Shown piece after piece: positions 56,972-64,000 of a DNA stretch of 64,000 bases. Each line of letters starts with the position of its first letter. Position 1 is the first letter of the stretch. The stretch comes from Cyanidioschyzon merolae (taxonomy: Eukaryota): the NCBI GenBank assembly GCA_000091205.1, contig AP006501.2; one strand, 5' to 3'. Both the position numbers and the translations under genes were made by a program. Below the pieces are notes generated by a model, which saw nothing but the letters and a program-made list of their open reading frames with translations, was not told the origin of the DNA and made no database searches.

Positions 56972-59185
56972 CTAGACGAAACGTATACAACTGACGTTCA
57001 GACGCCTTCCAGCCTTTTTGGACCGGCCACCCACTACTGCTTCCAACTTTTTCGCATATAGTTCGACTTTGAGGGGTTGCCTAACAACATTCTCTCGTGT
57101 CAACTCCGGAGGTCTCTTCTCCAGCACCGCGCATTTCCTTAGATTGATGGCGGCATTAAAATCTCGATTCACGAATTCCATCCGTTTCTTGCCATCACTG
57201 GCTGTATTCACTAATGCGAGTAATCCTCGCACTTTTGCCCTCCTTTCCATTTGCTCCCCCGTCAGCGGCCCATACTTTTTTATATCCTCAGGGCACCTCT
57301 GGCACTTTTCCATCTCGACCCTCTGAAGTGTACACCCCAGTTCAGGGTGTATATAGGACGTCCGGAACTCATCTATAGGTATCGTAACGAAACGCCGTGC
57401 ACACTCCTTGTATATTCTTGTCGTTGGAGCAGGCGTAGTTCCTTTTTGGGTCTTCCAACACCCTGCCCCATACGCTACGAAGAGCCTCTGACCTTCATCC
57501 TCCTTCAAGGCGCTCAACTGATTGGAAAAAATTCGCGAACGCCCGCTGCCTCCCACCGTATACATTCATACGCACTCGAATCCACCGAGGCTTGGTATAC
57601 TCCTCCCACAGCGCATCCCAATGAGCAACACGAACTTCCATCAATTTCAGAAAAGCCTGAAAGTCCGCATTCCGGCTCGTCACCTCACTCATAGCTTCCA
57701 GGCGATCCTTCATTCCTTCGTTCCATGTCTCAATTTTCTTCCTTGCATTCATTATACCGGATTCCCGATAATATCTTGCTCTCGAGAACCCCAAAGTTCG
57801 CATGTCTTTCTGACGTAAGCTACCGTCAATGACATCTTCCGCACGCTTGGGTGCTGCGATGGTAATGATATTCGTATTCCCAGGGTCCGCGCCAACGACA
57901 AAGTCGTTATCCTCTACCTGCTGCGTCGCTGGATCCTCCTTCTCCTTTTCTCCATGCTTCGTCACGGGCTCAGCCGAAGGCAGGACTGGACGATCTGTCT
58001 TGAACCGCCCATAGTGTACACACATGGCTACTCTATCGGATTCCATCATCCTCTTGAATACCTTTTGTTTACTCATTTTGAGACGTTTGAAATCTAAGAT
58101 ATCCTTCCAGTACGTCTCCCGGTTTTCGCCGGTGAAGTCCTCCCTGCTAGCATCAAACTCGGGATTGATATCCCTCATGATGCCGTTATGGACGCCGAAG
58201 TCGATACTCACAAAATGTGACTTGATGTTGCACAACGGAACGCCGTTGAAGCGCTTTCCCGTTAGGAAAGCCTTCCGTCTCTCCCACTCTTCATTTTTTT
58301 CCCCACTCAGCTTCATCTCTGCCTTGCGTTCGAGCTCTCGGTCCAGAAACACAAAATAGCGCAGGATGAGGCCATGATATCTTTCCTTACCGTTTTTCAA
58401 CTCTGATATCTTTTCTGCTAGATTCGCCAGCCCCAAGTCTGCGCGGCGCTCTTGAATAGCCGCACGGATTACAGAAGCTTCATTCGTGCTCTCGTTTGAC
58501 GCCTTCTTGTCGACGAATTCGATCTCATCTTCACGCTTGCGATCTTTCGTGATGCCGTCGATAATCGCCCATTTTCCATTGCGAGACAGACCCGGGTAGA
58601 GTGCAGCCACGCGCGTATCATGAAACGTTCGAGGTTCATGTTCAAATGGTTCTTCAGATTCGTGAGGTACTTCATAGCCCCATAGTCGTAAATATCCCGG
58701 TCACCCTTGTATCGAGTACCCTCGAAGCAGAATTTCGCGAAGTTTTCGTGGAGGACGTGCACCCGCTCATTTTCCCTCCATGTTTCCTCTGTACCAAGCA
58801 TCAGCTGACGAACAAAGGTCTTATCGAAAAACTCGTCCGGAATCTCGACCATTTCCACGTGCGTCACGTCGCGATACATCTCCCTCACCAAATGCATCAG
58901 TCCTGATGACGCCTTGACAATACTCTTGGAGTACGAATCGACACGGTTCCTAATGGCCTCTCGCAACTTTTGTTTGTGAGGATCCTTGTTATGTTTAAGA
59001 AGACAGGTTTTCACCACCATCTCGTCGTACTGTCTTCTTTCTCGCAGCCTTGGACGTGCGGCCTCCTGCCTTTGCTTCTTCTGCCCTTCCTGTTCTTCTT
59101 CGCCCCGCCATGTTTTTCGTGTTTCTCCACCAACCGGCGACACAGGGCCCCAGGATCCTCCGCTTCCACTTCCATAACTTTCCAT
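56972..59185 (-). CDS. Fanzor (eukaryotic TnpB-like RNA-guided RuvC endonuclease), interrupted: three ORF segments joined by a 46-nt intron and one unresolved frameshift/intron
   Basis: Segment A (59185 down to ~58700, starting [10 protein letters not shown]... at a true ATG) carries a basic stretch [17 protein letters not shown] (NLS-like). Segment B (~58700-57564) carries RuvC-I ...[19 protein letters not shown] (Asp codon at 57887..57885) and the TnpB/Fanzor bridge region ...[15 protein letters not shown]. Segment C (57517-56972) carries ...[20 protein letters not shown]..., RuvC-II ...[19 protein letters not shown]..., Cys-x-Cys spacing (EKCQRC), and RuvC-III ...[17 protein letters not shown] (RD.NAA.N, the TnpB hallmark). 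Total ~720 aa, consistent with Fanzor1-class length. Confidence 0.75.
57518..57563 (-). other. 46-nt spliceosomal mini-intron inside the Fanzor gene
   Basis: Minus-strand sequence: aat|GTATACGGTGGGAGGCAGCGGGCGTTCGCGAATTTTTTCCAATCAG|ttg. It has a GTATAC donor, a pyrimidine tract and a CAG acceptor. Removing it joins ...RVRMN exactly in frame to [21 protein letters not shown]..., which restores the expected TnpB/Fanzor domain order. Without splicing, a stop (57568..57566) separates the frames. Confidence 0.6.
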
Positions 59186-60335
59186 TTTTAATTTTTTATA
59201 ACGCTCTCTGAACGCTTCTGCTCCAAACAGCGAAAAATCACTTGAATACACTTGCTTGAGTGTTGAAACACAATTGAACTGAATAATATACGTTGCTACG
59301 ACTTTAATGAAAATAAAATTTGCCGGGTAGAACAACACGCTACAGATTAGGATTCCATTCCTCTTCAACGGCGACATGCGCGTCGTGTCTCGTGACCACC
59401 TGATCCGGAGGTGCGCGTACCGACCGCGCTATACAAACGAAGAGCAAAAATGAATCATTAAATAGCGACGAGGTAACAATGTCTTTCTTCCTCTACGAGA
59501 AACGTAAAAAGGATGAAAGTTTTTCGTATTGTGGAAAAGTTTACCTTACAGGCGGAGGGTCCTGCGAGCTGGACGATTCTGCTAGGCTGGTGCTCGGTGT
59601 GCCTCTAAAGTGGCGGATGCTGTAGCGAGACCTGCGCAGCTCGTCCGCAACGCAGTTTTTTGGGACTAGGGGCAACAAAGCCGCGTCTGGGCGTCGCCCT
59701 GTTGCGGTGGTCTCCTAGTATATCGTTTCGCGCTGCCGCAGAAAGTACGTCCGTCAGCGCAGCTTGCAGACTCTCAGAACTATTATGTACTCCGAGACGA
59801 TGCCAGGTGCACCACGCCTCGAGCCGACGCCCTCAGTAGTATGGCAAAGCCGTTCTGTCTCCGTGCAGCATCCGCACCAGCGGTAGGCGCTACATCTGGT
59901 GCTGACGCCAGGCACTTGCTGCACGATAGAATGTACGAGACAACCTGTATATCCTCGAGGAAGTATAAGAAATGAAGCTTGAAGGTAAGTGCATCATAGT
60001 GGACGCTTTCCCGAAAGCAAATATCCATCCCGCAATCTGGGATCCATGGTCAATATAAACGTCTTGTCATCGAAATATGCCTCCCGACTGGGGGACGCGT
60101 CAGCGTCGCAGCGCATCGCTGCTGGCGACCCGACGGCTGGACACGTTTCCTCTGCGTATCTGTGCCGCACGGCGCTGCAGTGCCTGGAGACTCCAAGAAG
60201 TGGGGTGTGCGTTTTGTTTGACGGATCGGTAGTGGTTGGGTGTGCTACAGTTCCACGAAGCAAACCGTTCTGCTTAGTTGTGTTCTCTCTAGAGTTCTTT
60301 CCGCGGAGGCCTGAGACTTAGCGAATTTATTTGTT

Positions 60336-60773
60336 ATGAGCAAGAAAGGCGGAGACGTCCCCGAGTACGTGTACGAGCCATACCAAGGTGACGGGTACGC
60401 ACCTCCTCCTCCGGCAGCGAACTCTAGTAGCGTGTATAGGTACCAGACAGGTACGAATGCTGTGCCGCCGCCGCCGCCTCCGACGCAGAACGGCGTCGCT
60501 TATGCTTACAGTCCTGCGGGGGCGCCGCCGCCACCGCCACCCCCAAACTTTTCTTATGCCTACAGCGAGGCCCTGCCGGACGGCACCTCCCGACACTATT
60601 ATTACGCCCAGCGGACCTACTCGAACGCGCATGGGCGGTATCAGAACACGAACTTTGACCAGAACGACCAGCTTGCGCGGGGGTGTCTCTACGCCTGCTG
60701 CGAAGGTATGGCGGCTGGTCTGTGTGCGGCGCTGACCTTCGAGTGTTGCCTCGGTTTGTGCGGTTTCTGGTAA
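60336..60773 (+). CDS. CYSTM (cysteine-rich transmembrane module) family protein
   Basis: True ATG at 60336. Pro/Tyr-rich N-terminus (PPPPPPTQNG, PPPPPPPNFSYAY) and a C-terminal Cys-rich hydrophobic module CLYACCEGMAAGLCAALTFECCLGLCGFW, typical of CYSTM proteins. 145 aa. Confidence 0.6.
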   Translation: MSKKGGDVPEYVYEPYQGDGYAPPPPAANSSSVYRYQTGTNAVPPPPPPTQNGVAYAYSPAGAPPPPPPPNFSYAYSEALPDGTSRHYYYAQRTYSNAHGRYQNTNFDQNDQLARGCLYACCEGMAAGLCAALTFECCLGLCGFW

Positions 60774-63700
60774 GCAATTGGTCAGGGGTGTGCCATGCGT
60801 CTCGTGGCTCGATCAATAGACAGCTCACACCATCATGGACGATGTGGCCGAACTTGGAGTATCATATGGTTTGCGCCCCGTAGCGGGCAGCTCTGTGCTG
60901 CGTAGACAGGTCTCTCCGAACCGTTGCATATGTCATCCAGGATTTTGCATGTTATATATGAAGAACCCCTCCTGCAGATCGAGGAAAATCACCGTCTTCG
61001 GAACGCGAGTAGTAACCGGTCTGTTCCAGCTGTATGCGGATTGTCAGCCCGAGGTTTACTGGCAATAAATCTGGTGCTTTTCGGAAAATAGATTGAGCAT
61101 CTCGAAGGGTACATCGTAAATGCTGTATTTTCTGCATAAAGTTACATCAAAAACATGCCAAGTATCAGAGGCATAGCTCACGCCCCGGACCGTCTCAGTC
61201 TTAGCGGGATCTGCACCGGACCCTATCAGAAAGTTACTACGCACACTGGTGTATGCGTTGTCCGAAATTCGCCAACTCTACTTCCATAGTGCCGTACGGT
61301 GTAGAGGCGCGAAGCGTCCAATGAACCTGTGTGCGACAAGTCCAGCTCGGCCAATTTTCTGTGGCGCTGGGTACGTATCCACGCTTGTCGTACGTCGAAG
61401 GGCGGCTTTGCGATGCTTTCATTGATGTCGGCCCGAGGGATCGAGCACTCTGCCCCGTGCGACGTCATACTGAAGAGGGATCGTGTGGCTGGACGCATAG
61501 CGTTTCCGTCTTTGACATCATCACTCGTGTGACAGTTTTCAATAAACTCGAGACAGCTGATCTTCAGCATGCCTGGTTACTAGGACGCACCAAGCAACAC
61601 GTATGCCGTACCATTAAGAGACTGCCTTACAAAGCAGCAAGAAGCAGAAGCAAAACGCAGCCATACAGAAGGGTGGCGCTAGCGCTGGCAGTCCACAACA
61701 AACTTGGATGCTTCCAGCGAACTCAAACGGGTTACGCCTCCATTCTTCTCCGCGCACACAAGCAGCTAGCAGGGACAGTACGAAAGCTCCCGTTCCACGC
61801 GCGAAATAGACTACAAAAGGTTCTGCTTTATGATTATGATACTTGTTCTTGCCTTTATATGGAGCCGGCCGCTGCCGAATAAAAACTATCTACCGACAAG
61901 AGAACAGACTCTGCCAAGCTAATTCCAACTTCGGATGCACGTACTTGCCAACTGCGTTCAAGGGTTTTTCTGAAGACTGCACGTTGCGACTGCGGAGCCC
62001 GGCACCGCATCAGTACGCCAACTAGCGTTTTCATGGTGCAGAATCGATGAATATAGCTAGGCCAATGTCAAACTTCAATGCAACTGGTCCACGTACCGAC
62101 TTTGGGCGAAGAATCTAAAGCCTCGGCCTCATCCAATGTCATCAACGCCAGCATTTACGTATTTTTGCTGCGACTGGTCCCATTTTCTCCTTTTTTCTGG
62201 ATTACGATACGCTGGTCCCTCCTTTTGCTCAAGTTCCATTGTCAGTAGCCGAAAGACCTAGATGACGGCATTATATTTCCTTTTTCACCATTTTTGGAAG
62301 TTGCCCATACAATTCATGCACAGGCGGCGGTTGCGACATGCGCGTCGTTTGCGATAAGGGAATCGTCTTGGCATACGGTCGCGCTGTACCCGCTGCAGGG
62401 GTGACACTTGAGACTGGTCAGGCGTTCCCTCAGATGCACACGAGCTCCCCGTCATCCTCCTCTTCCTCCAAGGGCCGCCCCACGGTACCTGAACGCTCCC
62501 CTCACCACCCGGTACATGCCCATGACGGGTGCAGAGTGCCCCCATGGGTGCCCGACTCCGTTGCGCGCTGTGCGCTACGTTTGCGTGCTTGTTCTGGGCG
62601 ATCCCCTAGGAGCGGACGTCGTACGCTCGACGTGCAAGCGCACCATGTTCCATTCGACAGAGCCTGTATGGAATGCAACGTTGTCCGTGGTGTAACGAGT
62701 GGCCGACGGAAAACCCAGGCTGGAGATTTGTTCGAGAAATTTGGATTTATGTTCACTCATTTCGTGCTAAGCTGCGACGCGTCCTCTACAGGAAGCGATC
62801 GCTACGATCGCTCAAGTTCGAGTCCATAACCGTATTCCGTGCAAAGAGAACAGACAGGAGCCTCTAAGGCATATTCCGTGGGACTTGTGATGCTTCATTC
62901 GAATGGAGCTTCCCTGATGTCCACAATAGGGGACGATTTGTCTTCGGAACGGAACCGATCATCGGACCTGAATCGGGCGGTGGTCTTTCAGCATGAGCTT
63001 GTGGGCACGTCGCCAAGGGACGACGCGGGCTACTACGTGCTCTCGTCGATCCATCGGCGCAAGTCGCTGTGCCCAACGAGCATCCTTGCAACAAAATAAG
63101 CGAAACCCCGGGAAGTCGGTGATTTGAGCACACTCCTGGCTGTCCAATTTGACAAGTAGAGGCTTGAACGTAAGCGTTGGATAATGGCATGTATTGATTT
63201 ACGAAAACTTGCTCTAAAGCGTCCTGAAAATGGCGATTTCGGTAACGTAACAAATTCCGGCGGCAGAGCGTCGTGTTTGCAAGTCCCAGAGGAAAACAAC
63301 GCAACCTTAAGCTACGGTGTAATCCTTACGCCCTCACTGCTTGAATTCGAGTGTGCAGGCTGTACACCTGGGAAGGGTTCGCAAAAAATCGCTAGCCAGG
63401 TACAGGGCGGGCGTTCAGTCTTGTACTTTAATCTGATACAGGCGCAGCATCGCAGCCGGGCGTGCTGTCGCCCTGATATGAACGCTCCTATACAGCCATC
63501 TGCTCGCGCTAGTTGCAGATTCCTCATCGTCGGGGAAGGTGCTCTTCTTCCAGGGAGCGGTCGATGCCTGCTGCAAATTCACTACGCCACACAGTTCCTC
63601 AAACGAAGACCAGCCATCCCTTACGCCCTCAATAATCGGGTTACTGACCCTACTCGCCAATGTGACCCTGAGCGGGCGCCATTCTGAGCGAGACCCGAGC

Positions 63701-64000
63701 GCTGCGTCTTCCGATCATGCGTGGGACAAACTCTCCCCACAGTTGTCCGTCGAGTGCCTGCCTGGGGCGCCACGATAACAATCGCTCGTGATGGCCCCAC
63801 CTCGGGATCGATGCTGCGCGTCATGGCACGCGTTTTACGTAGTGGCTGCCCCGGCGGCATCCCTGGGCTCACAGGATGACGCATGCACCCGCATGCACAA
63901 AGTCAGGCTCTGCACTAGAGGCTGAGATATCCGTATCCTCGCGTGGCCGGTTCAAAATACACGTATGTGCGCAGCGGTTACATGCGAGTGCCGCTTCGTG

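Larger units (their letters stand above)
56900..59650 (-). mobile_element. Fanzor-bearing element; boundaries approximate, no terminal repeats resolved
   Basis: An AT-richer block (59190-59600 upstream of the ATG; 57000-59200 overall lower GC than the neighbours) surrounds the Fanzor ORF. Fanzors are known to ride inside diverse eukaryotic transposons. The 3' boundary is placed near the hairpin at 56921-56943 by inference only. Confidence 0.35.

Noticed and set aside
58621-58680. 19-nt gtacctcacgaatctgaag as an intron resolving the segment A/B frame change
   Set aside because: It is too short for a spliceosomal intron, has no pyrimidine tract, and its length (1 mod 3) gives the wrong phase to join frame A to frame B.
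55326-59185. Reading the Fanzor as a bacterial IS605 OrfB from a contaminant or HGT island
   Set aside because: The flanking genes are eukaryotic, the locus has a GT-AG mini-intron, the protein has an NLS-like basic stretch and a long N-terminal extension, and GC and codon usage match the neighbouring nuclear genes.
57018-59191. Plus-strand ORFs (57018.., 57251.., 57522.., 57829.., 58024.., 58601.., 58970..) across the Fanzor region
   Set aside because: They are antisense shadows of the minus-strand Fanzor coding sequence. They have no motifs, and the minus-strand frames carry all the RuvC/TnpB signatures.

Overview
This is a eukaryotic nuclear segment, GC-rich (estimated by eye at about 55-60%) and gene-dense. 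Nearly every recognisable gene is a single uninterrupted ORF, so the genome is intron-poor. The gene content indicates a plastid-bearing alga rather than a fungus or animal: fibrillin/PAP, plant-type ATP sulfurylase, a bacterial-type LeuC with an N-terminal extension, and a PPR protein. I cannot name the species. About 20 protein-coding genes can be supported. They include LeuC, ribosomal protein L22e, HAT1, an IU-nucleoside hydrolase, MYG1, a mitochondrial carrier, ATP sulfurylase, fibrillin, a PPR protein, a RING-H2 E3 ligase, PP1 inhibitor-2, SRR1, a DXD glycosyltransferase, an AP-mu-like protein, a zinc metallopeptidase and a CYSTM protein. A UBL-domain membrane protein runs off the left edge and is missing from the ORF track. 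The standout is a Fanzor, a eukaryotic homologue of TnpB (the RNA-guided RuvC nuclease of OMEGA systems), on the minus strand at about 56972-59185. It has RuvC-I (GADPG), RuvC-II (IDEFRTS) and RuvC-III ([10 protein letters not shown]) motifs, Cys-rich spacing, a basic NLS-like stretch and AT-richer flanks. It is split across three reading frames. One junction is cleanly explained by a 46-nt GTATAC...YYYYCAG spliceosomal mini-intron. The other is an unresolved frameshift or intron. Its 3' end lies only 59 nt from the start codon of the metallopeptidase gene on the same strand, and that spacer holds a strong hairpin. The 3' end of the ORF plus this spacer is where a Fanzor guide RNA (omega-RNA) would be expected. 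Other structure: two diverged copies of a ~500-bp dispersed repeat, several minisatellite-type tandem repeats, trinucleotide arrays, and a ~2-kb very GC-rich island with no credible coding. No rRNA, tRNA or CRISPR was found.
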